Of a DNA stretch of 64,000 nucleotides, positions 18,228-26,465 are shown piece by piece (within the stretch, counting starts at the first letter, position 1; each line of letters starts with the position of its first letter). Below the pieces are notes generated by a model. The model saw only the letters and a list, made by a program, of their open reading frames with translations. It was not told the origin of the DNA and made no database searches. Location of the stretch: contig CAZLGL010000010.1 of NCBI GenBank assembly GCA_964559315.1, forward strand, positions 7,624 through 71,623, written 5' to 3'. Source of the DNA: an uncultured Coxiellaceae bacterium. Lineage in GTDB: Bacteria; Pseudomonadota; Gammaproteobacteria; DASZBR01. The translations under genes were made by a program, and so were the position numbers.

Positions 18228-18263
18228 TTCTGACAGTGTTGAATTAACAGTGAGGTTTTAGTG

Positions 18264-18701
18264 ATGAAAATTTTATTTGTTTGTACGGGTAATGCTTGTC
18301 GCTCTCAAATTGCTGAAGGATATGCTAAACGATTTGGTGAGGGGTTTTGTGAGATTCAATCTGCAGGATTAGTAGCGCACGGCGTTAATCCACGTGCCGT
18401 TCAGACCATGAAAGAAATTGGGATTGATATTTCTCAGCAACAATCGAAGGTACTTACTAAAGAAATGTTGGAGTGGGCCGATCTTGTTATCACGTTGTGT
18501 GGTCATGCTGATGAACATTGTCCCGTGCTTCCTCCGAATAAACAAAAAAGACATTACCCCTTTGAAGATCCGGCAAAAGTTACCGGGGACGAGATTCAAA
18601 TTATGAAGGCATTTGCTAAAGTGCGAGATGAGATAGGTAACCGTATTGCTGTTTTAATTGATGAACTAAAGCCGGCCAAGCAGTGGAGACCTAAACTGTA
18701 A
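18264..18701 (+). CDS. arsC: Arsenate reductase, LMW-PTPase/thioredoxin-coupled type
   Basis: P-loop is LFVCTGNACRSQIAEG (CX5R). A downstream Cys pair is LCGHADEHCP. Confidence 0.85.
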   Translation: MKILFVCTGNACRSQIAEGYAKRFGEGFCEIQSAGLVAHGVNPRAVQTMKEIGIDISQQQSKVLTKEMLEWADLVITLCGHADEHCPVLPPNKQKRHYPFEDPAKVTGDEIQIMKAFAKVRDEIGNRIAVLIDELKPAKQWRPKL

Positions 18702-18760
18702 GAATGGGGTTATTTCAATTCTCCTAAACCTATAAATCAAAACTAAAAAGTGTTATAAAT

Positions 18761-19099
18761 TTGAGCATGTTAAAACCCGAAACTTTTTTTACATTGTTGT
18801 CAGACGAAACGCGTTTGCGGTGCCTTTTTTTGCTTCAGCAGAAAGGAGAGCTATGCGTTTGTGATCTTATTGATGCTTTAAAAATGATACAGCCAAAAAT
18901 ATCGAGGCATTTAGCCTTGCTACGAAAGCACAAACTCGTGATTGCAACTCGTCGAGGTACTTGGATGTATTATCAAATTAACAGGGCGCTCCCATCTTGG
19001 ATGATAAAAGTCATTTCTTGTTTTGCAGAAGTGAATCAACGTACTAAGCCATTTTCTTCTGATTTAAAAGGACTTGGTAAAAAGTGCTTGAGCTGTTAA
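18761..19099 (+). CDS. arsR: ArsR/SmtB-family metalloregulator
   Basis: Contains LSDETRLRCLFLL and the As(III)-binding ELCVCDL motif in the HTH. The start may instead be the ATG at 18767. Confidence 0.85.
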   Translation: MSMLKPETFFTLLSDETRLRCLFLLQQKGELCVCDLIDALKMIQPKISRHLALLRKHKLVIATRRGTWMYYQINRALPSWMIKVISCFAEVNQRTKPFSSDLKGLGKKCLSC

Positions 19100-19206
19100 G
19101 TAGAAAATATCGTTTTGTTTTTTTTTAGGTAATGTCATTTTCTTTTTCTGCGGCAACCTTCTTTTTTGATCATGAGAGTTTTGACTTTTAACTCTGTCCT
19201 CGAGGG

Positions 19207-19650
19207 TCAAAAGCACAACATTGCGAAGCAATGTATAGATGCGCTTTTAGACGGTTGGGGGGTGGTGGGAGCACAGCAAACGATAGTTTGTGTAAGTGCG
19301 CCTTTGGACGGGTTGAGGTTTCGGTTGGTGAAAGTTATGTTTTTTAAAATCTTTTGGGACAAGAAAAAGTGAAATAAGTGATATAAGTGATTTTGAGTTT
19401 CCCTGAATTCTTGTCTCAAAGAAAAATCAAAAATCTTCGAATCGTCCAAAGACGCACTTACATGTTGCTTCGCAACTTTGTGCTTTTAGGTTTCTGGTTA
19501 CCTCAATAACCAGGTTGTCCCAGTTTCACTTATATCACTTATTTCACTTTTTCTTGTTGGATGACCAGTCCAAAAATTTAAAGCTTAACCCCCTAAAGAT
19601 TTCAAACCGTCTAAGAGCGCACTTATACATTGCTTCGCAATTGCACGAAC
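19207..19650. repeat. Complex iteron/inverted-repeat region; candidate replication or transfer origin of the island
   Basis: A perfect 32-bp inverted repeat, ACAAGAAAAAGTGAAATAAGTGATATAAGTGA, lies at 19359-19390 and (reverse complement) 19526-19557. It contains AAGTGA x3 at 9-bp spacing. There are four copies of a ~45-nt motif (..CGTC(T/C)AA(A/G)(A/G)(G/A)CGCACTTA(T/C)A..TTGCTTCGCAA..): two inverted (19211-19257, 19278-19318) and two direct (19441-19485, 19604-19648). Confidence 0.8.
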
Positions 19651-19696
19651 TAAGCCCGTGGGTTGGACTTAGTTCTTGAAAGATCTGGAAGCTGGT

Positions 19697-21193
19697 TTAA
19701 TGAAGTACTTCGGTTTGTTCTTTGGACAAAGCTATGGGATGAACGTAATAAACTGTCGTAGGTTTACGAGTCGGAAGTTTGAGGGCTGCACTGATAAGAT
19801 TTCTATTTCTTAAAATCTGGAGTGCTTTGTTAAGGCGTTCATTTCTTCCGAGTTTTTTGTTTCGAGTTCGCTTTAATAATTCTGTTTTGCCAAATGACGA
19901 TTCGCCTCTCGACAAAATCCATTCCCAGATCCATTTGGCATCTTCCGTTGCTTCGTCCATTGCCATCAATCCGAAAGCAGCAAGTGTGTGAGGAATGAGG
20001 AGTTCTGAAACCGCAATTGCACGATTCATGGTTTGAGAATTAATTTCAGCGAGTCGTGTTCCGTGTTCGGCAACATGGAGCAGTCCTGCGATTCGAAGTG
20101 TGAACCCACAAATCTTTCCACCCCATCCCTGACAATTTCCTAATTTGCCATCGGGGCGAAGTTCAATTTCTATTTCGCGCTGAAATTGCTTCCAGGCGTT
20201 TTTTGCATCTGGGGTTAGGGTGAATATCTTTTCAGTTGAGATCTCGTCAAGGAACGCTTTAATCTTCGCGCTATAGGTTGAACGAAGTTCTTTTCTCAAG
20301 GCAGGTTTGTCGTGTGTGCGATAACCCAGTTTGCTATTAGGAAGAACATACAGAAAACGTTCGACCATTCCGTTGCCTGTGTATGCTTGTTTGGAAATTA
20401 AATTTTGAATAATGATTGGCTGAACAGCTAATACCATAGTTAAATATGGATTAAGAGAGATACTTTTATCTTTACGCCTAACACGAATTTCTCCGCCATC
20501 AATTCCCTTCAATAAAATATCTACGTTTGCTGCGCCATTACTGTAAAGCCCGCCTAATGTTTCTAATACACCGCCTTCATCAGAAAATATTGCGAGCCGT
20601 CCGTTTTGTTCGCTCAAGATTGTTGTTAGTGATTCAGGGGTAACATCGTTTACAAATAATTGTGGAGCAACGGGAATATCTTCTAACGCAGATTCTTTTG
20701 CAGTTATTTCATGAATTAATTTTTGTTGTTCATTTAAATCTTCTACCTTTGCCGCTTTTGTTCTCAAGCCTTCAATAATTTTCTCTTGAGTTTTACGTTC
20801 TGAAATATATTGCTTTATTTTGCTACGAAATGTTTTTTCCTGATCTTGTTCCCACTCGACTAAAGGTTCTTTGCAGCGAGCAAGTACAATGCTTTTATGA
20901 TTCGCCGGAGGAAGTGCAATTAACGTGTAAATATTAATGGGCTCTTCCCATCCTTCGAAAGGTGATACTTTACAGAATTTAGATGTTACAGATGAAATAA
21001 TTCCTAAGACTGTCATGACACATAAGGCTTCAGGAACTTCAACTGATTCTGCCAATGCTTTCGCAAATTCATGAAACACGCCTGGTAATAAACATGCTGG
21101 AATATCAGGCGTATCGTATTCGTTAAAAAAGATAGGATCGTCCCAAGCATCAGCATGGGTGAGTGATGGTAATTCTATTATTCCTGTTTTCAT
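19697..21193 (-). CDS. DUF3987 (YfjI-like) protein of integrative elements; putative replication/helicase-loader function
   Basis: 498-aa ORF. From memory, the pattern is that of DUF3987 proteins that travel with AlpA and P4-type integrases. A central coiled segment is flanked by ..LAIFSDEGGVLETLGG.. and ..MVERFLYVLP.. Confidence 0.55.
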   Translation of the reverse strand: MKTGIIELPSLTHADAWDDPIFFNEYDTPDIPACLLPGVFHEFAKALAESVEVPEALCVMTVLGIISSVTSKFCKVSPFEGWEEPINIYTLIALPPANHKSIVLARCKEPLVEWEQDQEKTFRSKIKQYISERKTQEKIIEGLRTKAAKVEDLNEQQKLIHEITAKESALEDIPVAPQLFVNDVTPESLTTILSEQNGRLAIFSDEGGVLETLGGLYSNGAANVDILLKGIDGGEIRVRRKDKSISLNPYLTMVLAVQPIIIQNLISKQAYTGNGMVERFLYVLPNSKLGYRTHDKPALRKELRSTYSAKIKAFLDEISTEKIFTLTPDAKNAWKQFQREIEIELRPDGKLGNCQGWGGKICGFTLRIAGLLHVAEHGTRLAEINSQTMNRAIAVSELLIPHTLAAFGLMAMDEATEDAKWIWEWILSRGESSFGKTELLKRTRNKKLGRNERLNKALQILRNRNLISAALKLPTRKPTTVYYVHPIALSKEQTEVLH

Positions 21194-21208
21194 AAGAGTT
21201 CTCCAAAT

Positions 21209-21445
21209 TTAAGAAGTTTTAATTAAGATGACGAGGACTTTGATGCTGCCTGCTTGCTGAACTTGTCGTGCGAAGTGCATAGCGGATTCAAAGTATTTCG
21301 TATCGGAATACAACACCCAGATTTCCTGTTGATAGCAAAACGAAAGCGCTCGTAGTTCACCGTGGAATAAACAAGCGCTTTTATGTCGTTTGAAATAGTT
21401 AAAGCTATCCCAATCGATAGCGATAAAAATGAGTTTTGATTTCAT
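21209..21445 (-). CDS. Small hypothetical protein (possibly a Toprim-like remnant)
   Basis: 78-aa ORF tightly packed between the alpA-like and DUF3987 genes (2-nt and 15-nt gaps). LIFIAIDWD..IKVLVILIK vaguely recalls Toprim strands. There is no firm assignment. Confidence 0.35.
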   Translation of the reverse strand: MKSKLIFIAIDWDSFNYFKRHKSACLFHGELRALSFCYQQEIWVLYSDTKYFESAMHFARQVQQAGSIKVLVILIKTS

Positions 21446-21447
21446 GG

Positions 21448-21708
21448 TTATCGAGCTGCACGAGTACCGTGAAAACTTTGTGCTGTGCTGACAAATCGCC
21501 CGTCAGCATTCAACCAAAAGTCCAAATCCTCTTTGAAATAAAATACGCGGCCACGTTTGATGAATTTAGGGCCCACACCTTTGCTGCGCATCATGGCTAA
21601 AGTTTTTTCTTTCAAACCTAAATAATTCGCAGCATTGTGAGCATCAAGTCGCTCATCAGGAAACATATAGACCGTAGTAGATTCAACAGGGTTTTTACAT
21701 AATGTCAT
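21448..21708 (-). CDS. AlpA/excisionase-family HTH protein
   Basis: LDAHNAANYLGLKEKTLAMMRSKGVGPKFIKRGRVFYFKEDLDFWL fits the HTH_17/AlpA pattern. It is divergent from the integrase. Confidence 0.7.
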   Translation of the reverse strand: MTLCKNPVESTTVYMFPDERLDAHNAANYLGLKEKTLAMMRSKGVGPKFIKRGRVFYFKEDLDFWLNADGRFVSTAQSFHGTRAAR

Positions 21709-21970
21709 TAGTAATCTCCTTCAAATTTATGATTTAAAGCACCTATAAAATAACAACGATAAAAGCCTAGAATGAAATATTTGTAAATGCAAACGATTTC
21801 GTATCAAAAACAACGGTGTGTGTTTTATAGAGAATTTTCGAGAACTTTATAGCCCAGTGTAAATACACTTGAGTCATTATTAATCAGTATTAACGGGTAT
21901 TATTCTATGTAAAATGATGTATTTAAATATTATGATAGGATTGTCTAAATTATTTAAAGGAGACGACCCA

Positions 21971-23113
21971 ATGATTAAATTCACGAAGCTAACCAGAGTG
22001 AACATTCGTAAACTCCAGTGCACAAAGAAAATCAGTGAGCACGGTATTGTTTTTAAACGGTTAAAAAATGGTGACGGGAAATATCTCATCAATATTATGG
22101 TTGATGGACAGCGAATCCATCGGCTAGTTGGGAAAGAATCCGAAGGGGTAGGGCGCCAAGAAGCTGAGCAGCTTATTTCAAAATTGCGTGAAGATGCTAG
22201 GCAAAATAGATTCAACCTTCCAAAAGGCCGAAAAATTATTTTAGGTTTTCGAGATGCTGCCGAAAAATATATTCAAAAATTAAGAGAGAGCGACGGCAAA
22301 GATATCGCAAGAAAAGAAGTTCGTTTTAAATTATATCTCTGTCCATTTTTTGAAAATAAACTACTTTCACAAATTAGTAGTTTTGATATTGAGCGTTACA
22401 AAAAAGCACGAGCCGAAACAAAAACTAAACATTCAACAATTAATCGAGAATTAGCTGGACTTTCGCATTTTTTGAATAAAGCAGTAGAGTGGAAATGGTT
22501 AGAACATAAACCGTGTTTAATTAAAAAATTCAAAGAAGATAACGGTCGAATAGTTTATTTAACCGTTGAACAAACAAGCGATATTCTTGAATCAGCGAAA
22601 AAAGATGAGTGCACATATATTTATCCATTTTTCATGATTGGTTTAGCGACAAGCATGCGGCGCATGGAAATTCTTTCTATCAAAATTGAACATATAGATT
22701 TTGATAAACGAATTATTTTTATTCCAGTAGCTAAAGCCGGAAAAAGAGAACAGCCAATGACAGAAAATTTGGCGAACTTTTTGAAAAATTATCTTAAAAG
22801 CACTTCTTCCGAACAAACTTGGTTATTTCCTGCAAAGCGTTCTTCTACTGGTCATGCAGTGAGTATTGAAAAAGCATTTAGACGAGTTGTTGTGCGAGCA
22901 GGTTTAGATCCGAAAGAAGTTGTGCGACATACATTACGACATACTGCAATTACGCATTTAGTTCAGGCGGGCGTTGATCTTCCTACGGTTCAAAGAATTT
23001 CAGGCCATAAAACATTACAAATGGTGGTTCGATATGCTCACCAAAATGGAGCGCATATCCAAGCGGCGATGGATAAGTTGGAGAAGAGGTATCAGTTTGA
23101 AGATGCGGCGTAG
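21971..23113 (+). CDS. int: Tyrosine recombinase / phage-type integrase
   Basis: ATG at 21971 follows AAAGGAG. An N-terminal SAM-like core-binding region is present. Catalytic motifs are MRRMEILS (Arg), HTLRHTAITHLVQAG (HxxR) and GHKTLQMVVRYAH (Tyr). Confidence 0.9.
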   Translation: MIKFTKLTRVNIRKLQCTKKISEHGIVFKRLKNGDGKYLINIMVDGQRIHRLVGKESEGVGRQEAEQLISKLREDARQNRFNLPKGRKIILGFRDAAEKYIQKLRESDGKDIARKEVRFKLYLCPFFENKLLSQISSFDIERYKKARAETKTKHSTINRELAGLSHFLNKAVEWKWLEHKPCLIKKFKEDNGRIVYLTVEQTSDILESAKKDECTYIYPFFMIGLATSMRRMEILSIKIEHIDFDKRIIFIPVAKAGKREQPMTENLANFLKNYLKSTSSEQTWLFPAKRSSTGHAVSIEKAFRRVVVRAGLDPKEVVRHTLRHTAITHLVQAGVDLPTVQRISGHKTLQMVVRYAHQNGAHIQAAMDKLEKRYQFEDAA

Positions 23114-23131
23114 ATATTCAGCTTATAATAA

Positions 23132-24259
23132 TTAGCTGTTGAAAATATCTACGTATCGTCGGTAAACAAAAGAACGTCCATATGTTTTGTGTTCATCTTT
23201 TAATTCTAATATCCCTAAATCAACGAAACGATCTATTGCTTTTTGCGCACCTTGACGCGTGTATTTAGTCCATTTTTGTATGTTCGCAATATTAACAATG
23301 GGTAATTTGTAAAGTTCGGATAAAATTAATGCTGTACTTTTAGCTGCGGGTCTTCCGAGAGCATGAATTTTTTTCATATCTTTTTCGCGCAGAGTAGTAA
23401 TTTTTTTAACGGTTTCAATCGCTTCTTGTGCAGTGTCTATGATTCCTGCTAAAAAGAAATCAATCCAATTTTCTGCTTTATTGCTATGATAATCCTCAAG
23501 ACGTGCGTAATACGTTTTTTGATGTTTTTTGAAATAAGAAGACAGAAAAAGTACGGGGCGATCCAGTAATTTTTCCAGCCATAGAAAAAGCGTAATTAGC
23601 ATTCTTCCTGTGCGACCGTTGCCATCTAAAAATGGATGGATGGTTTCAAATTGAGCGTGAATCATTCCCGCTTTTATAATGGGCAGAATATCGTCTTTTG
23701 TGTGAAAGAATTTTTCTAAATCTCCCATGGCTCGTATCATTTCGTGCGGAGGGGGCGGCACAAACAGAGCATCTTTTGGTGAAGTACCGCTGATCCAATT
23801 TTGTGATGTTCGAAAATTTCCTGGGTCTGAATAATGACTTGCTCGTGCATCTACCATTAATTCTTTGTGTACTTCTTTAATGACACGAAGACTCAAGGGA
23901 AAATCTTTCAGGCGTTCAAGACCATAATTGAGCGCTTGAATGTAATGTGAAATATCATCGACATCGGCTGGCAAATTTTCTGAAGTTTTTGATACAGCTT
24001 CAATGGCGTCGATCATTGTGGCGCGTGTGCCTTCAATTTGACTTGATGACGCCGCATCTTTGCAAAGATACATAAAAAGAAAAAAATCTACGTCAGGCAG
24101 GAGCTGGGTAATGCCGTCTAATTTTCCCAAAAGGAGGGTGGCTTGGCTCGCTTTCTGGATGATCTTTTTTGAAAAAGAGGTTTCTTCCTTGGGTGGGAAG
24201 GGAGCTGGAATAAAGGCTTCATACCCTTGGGGCTGCTTAATGTGGTGGCCTATGTTCAT
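23132..24259 (-). CDS. fic: Fic-family protein (AMPylase-type) with N-terminal inhibitory motif and C-terminal winged helix
   Basis: The Fic motif HPFLDGNGRTGR is present. The N-terminal SSQIEG fits the (S/T)xxxE(G/N) auto-inhibition helix. The C-terminal ..AQKAIDRFVDLGIL.. is wHTH-like. Confidence 0.85.
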   Translation of the reverse strand: MNIGHHIKQPQGYEAFIPAPFPPKEETSFSKKIIQKASQATLLLGKLDGITQLLPDVDFFLFMYLCKDAASSSQIEGTRATMIDAIEAVSKTSENLPADVDDISHYIQALNYGLERLKDFPLSLRVIKEVHKELMVDARASHYSDPGNFRTSQNWISGTSPKDALFVPPPPHEMIRAMGDLEKFFHTKDDILPIIKAGMIHAQFETIHPFLDGNGRTGRMLITLFLWLEKLLDRPVLFLSSYFKKHQKTYYARLEDYHSNKAENWIDFFLAGIIDTAQEAIETVKKITTLREKDMKKIHALGRPAAKSTALILSELYKLPIVNIANIQKWTKYTRQGAQKAIDRFVDLGILELKDEHKTYGRSFVYRRYVDIFNS

Positions 24260-24287
24260 GTCACCTCTCCGTTTGCATGTTTCGAAA

Positions 24288-24395
24288 GATGTAAACAGTT
24301 TATGTCATTTGGTTTACATCTTCAATAGGATGTAAACAGAAAGCAGGGGTCTAGTGGAAGAAGCGCCTGGCACGATTACACACAGATTACACACA
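24288..24395. repeat. Short repeated motifs between fic and the tRNA (candidate integrase arm sites or fic operator)
   Basis: GATGTAAACAG occurs at 24288-24298 and 24329-24339, with an inverted GATGTAAACC at 24311-24320. A tandem GATTACACACA x2 lies at 24374-24395. Confidence 0.7.
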
Positions 24396-24442
24396 GCCTA
24401 AAAATGGAGGAGGGGTGAATGACTCTAAGTGATTGATAAATA

Positions 24443-24519
24443 TGGTGGGCCCACCAGGACTCGAACCTGGGACCAAGAGATTATGAGTCTCCTGCTCTAA
24501 CCAACTGAGCTATAGGCCC
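24443..24519 (-). tRNA. ileX: tRNA with CAU anticodon, most like tRNA-Ile2 (lysidine type); elongator tRNA-Met not excluded
   Basis: The reverse complement is GGGCCTATAGCTCAGTTGGTTAGAGCAGGAGACTCATAATCTCTTGGTCCCAGGTTCGAGTCCTGGTGGGCCCACCA. It is 77 nt, folds as a cloverleaf and encodes CCA. The D-arm through variable loop (GAGCAGGnGACTCATAATCnCTTGGTC) matches E. coli ileX as I recall it. ileX also neighbours rpoD in E. coli. Confidence 0.85.
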
Positions 24520-24533
24520 TAATATTTAATGAC

Positions 24534-24553
24534 GGGCGAGAAGAATCTCGCCC
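24534..24553 (-). terminator. GC-rich hairpin between rpoD and the tRNA (terminator or processing structure)
   Basis: GGGCGAGA-agaa-TCTCGCCC. On the minus strand it is preceded by GTAG, giving GTAGGGGCGAG, the same 11-mer as in the palindrome at 52270. Confidence 0.5.
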
Positions 24554-24566
24554 CTACAGGTTGTTA

Positions 24567-26417
24567 CTATTCTTGTTTTTCGCCATCTAAAAAGGTCTTC
24601 AACTGCTCCGCACGACTTGGATGACGTAATTTACGCAACGCTTTCGCTTCAATTTGTCGAATACGTTCACGCGTCACATCAAATTGTTTTCCAACTTCTT
24701 CTAAGGTGTGATCCGTGTTCATGCCAATACCAAAGCGCATGCGTAATACTTTCGCTTCACGTGCCGTTAATGTCGACAAAATATCCTGCATCGATTCGCG
24801 TAAACCTTCCGCGGTAGCGGCATCAACGGGTGATATCATAGAAGTATCTTCTACGAAATCCCCTAAATGGGAGTCTTCATCATCACCAATCGGTGTTTCT
24901 AATGAAATAGGCTCTTTTGCGATCTTTAATACTTTGCGGACTTTATCTTCCGGCATCGCTAATTTTGTCGCTAATTCTTCTGGCGTTGGCTCTAAGCCTG
25001 TTTTTTGCAAAATTTCACGCGACGCACGATTAATTTTATTGATGGTTTCAATCATGTGCACAGGAATACGAATAGTGCGCGCTTGGTCTGCAATCGAACG
25101 CGTAATGGCTTGGCGAATCCACCAGGTTGCATACGTCGAAAATTTGTATCCGCGACGATACTCAAATTTATCGACCGCTTTCATTAATCCAATATTGCCT
25201 TCTTGAATTAAATCTAAAAATTGTAAGCCTCGGTTAGTGTATTTTTTAGCAATGGAGATGACTAAACGTAAATTGGCTTCGACCATTTCTTTTTTCGCAC
25301 GACGCGCTTGATTTTCGCCCGTGAGAATATCGCGATTGATTGATTTAATTTCCGCAATGGTTAATTTTTTATCATGCTCAATTTTTAATAATTTCGCTTG
25401 AGTGTGGCGAATTTCTGTTTCGTAATCTTGTAACGATTTTGTATAAGACGCTTTTTTGCGTAAGACTTTATCTAACCATTCGGGATCTGTTTCGTGTCCT
25501 TGGAAAGAATGGATAAATTCATCGCGTGGCATTTTGGCTTTCAATACGCACACTTGCATCAAATGACGCTCTTGTTTTCGCACTTGATCTAACATTTCAC
25601 GAACTTTGCGTGTGAGTTTTTCTAATTCTTTGGGCGAGAATTTAAATTGATTAAACGCTTCGGCCATTTTATCAATATGTTTTAAAGTCGCTTTGTGATG
25701 CGGCCCATTTTTTTTCATGGAAGCGATCACTTTTTTGTGCAATTCGCGTAACGCACCAAAACGTTCTGCGGCTAGGATCGGATCTGGGCCCGTGTCGGTT
25801 TCGCTTTCTTCACCGTCACCACCTTCTTCATCTTCGGTTTCGGGTTCAGCCGTTTCAAAACTTTCTTCAGATAATTCACCGTCAGGATTAATGGGAATTT
25901 CTTCGGCGGTATCGGTATAACCTACAATAATATCGCTTAATCGTGCTTGACCGGCGACGACTCGCTCATAATCATCTAAAAGTGTAACTGTGACTTCAGG
26001 ATAGTGTGCTAATGCATTGAGGACTTGTTTTACGCCGGCTTCGATCCGTTTTGCGATCGTAATTTCACCTTCGCGTGTTAATAACTCGACCGCACCCATT
26101 TCACGCATGTACATACGAACAGGGTCAGTCGTGCGTCCGGCTTCAGTTTGAACTGCAGCAAGAACAGCAACGGCTTCTTCTTCAACTTCTTCGTCAGGGG
26201 TTGCAGGCGCTTTGTCGCCCATGGCGAGTAAAATCGCATCGGCTTCAGGCGGGGTATCGCAAACGACAATGCCCAGCTCATTGAGCATCGCAATAATTTC
26301 TTCGACTTGTTCGGCGTCGATATTATCCGGCAGAACGTCATTGATTTCGGCGCGGGTTAAATAACCCTGTTCCTTGCCGTGTTCAATCAGTAATTTACGC
26401 TGTTCGAGAGTACTCAT
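24567..26417 (-). CDS. rpoD: RNA polymerase sigma-70
   Basis: 616 aa. It has an acidic region 1 and the motifs [27 protein letters not shown] (2.4/3.0) and [30 protein letters not shown] (4.2). Confidence 0.97.
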   Translation of the reverse strand: MSTLEQRKLLIEHGKEQGYLTRAEINDVLPDNIDAEQVEEIIAMLNELGIVVCDTPPEADAILLAMGDKAPATPDEEVEEEAVAVLAAVQTEAGRTTDPVRMYMREMGAVELLTREGEITIAKRIEAGVKQVLNALAHYPEVTVTLLDDYERVVAGQARLSDIIVGYTDTAEEIPINPDGELSEESFETAEPETEDEEGGDGEESETDTGPDPILAAERFGALRELHKKVIASMKKNGPHHKATLKHIDKMAEAFNQFKFSPKELEKLTRKVREMLDQVRKQERHLMQVCVLKAKMPRDEFIHSFQGHETDPEWLDKVLRKKASYTKSLQDYETEIRHTQAKLLKIEHDKKLTIAEIKSINRDILTGENQARRAKKEMVEANLRLVISIAKKYTNRGLQFLDLIQEGNIGLMKAVDKFEYRRGYKFSTYATWWIRQAITRSIADQARTIRIPVHMIETINKINRASREILQKTGLEPTPEELATKLAMPEDKVRKVLKIAKEPISLETPIGDDEDSHLGDFVEDTSMISPVDAATAEGLRESMQDILSTLTAREAKVLRMRFGIGMNTDHTLEEVGKQFDVTRERIRQIEAKALRKLRHPSRAEQLKTFLDGEKQE

Positions 26418-26465
26418 TCTTTAACGTTCTCGCCAAAAGTTAGAAGGGGGGACAAAAGGGTTTGA

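Larger units (their letters stand above)
19207..24442. mobile_element. Integration/replication module of a tRNA-associated genomic island (int, alpA-like, DUF3987, ori-like repeats, fic)
   Basis: The gene content is listed separately. The module directly abuts the 3' end of tRNA(CAU). No phage structural or conjugation genes are present in the window. Confidence 0.6.

Noticed and set aside
19166-19449. ORFs 19166-19372 (+, 68 aa) and 19207-19449 (-, 80 aa) in the arsR-DUF3987 gap
   Set aside because: They lie entirely within the inverted and direct repeat array and overlap each other on opposite strands. They have no SD, and their sequences are dictated by the repeats. I treat the region as non-coding.
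19207-19650. Possible CRISPR array
   Set aside because: There are only four motif copies. They are in mirror orientation instead of head-to-tail, their spacing is unequal, the copies are imperfect, and there are no cas genes in the window.
1-24442. Prophage or conjugative element (ICE)
   Set aside because: There are no capsid, tail, terminase, lysis, relaxase or T4SS genes in the island portion visible here. Only int, alpA and DUF3987 are present. The part left of base 1 is unseen, so an ICE cannot be fully excluded.
24443-24519. tRNA(CAU) as initiator tRNA-fMet
   Set aside because: Positions 1 and 72 are paired (G1-C72). The anticodon stem lacks the three consecutive G-C pairs characteristic of initiators. 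Similarity is to ileX, and elongator Met remains the only alternative.
24715-25206. 163-aa ORF antisense to rpoD. Similar long antisense ORFs occur in copA (14435-14806), fabG (43571-43987), mlaB (52510-52845) and dsbA (5765-6109).
   Set aside because: Each overlaps a well-supported conserved gene on the other strand and has a low-complexity or odd composition. These are typical shadow ORFs.
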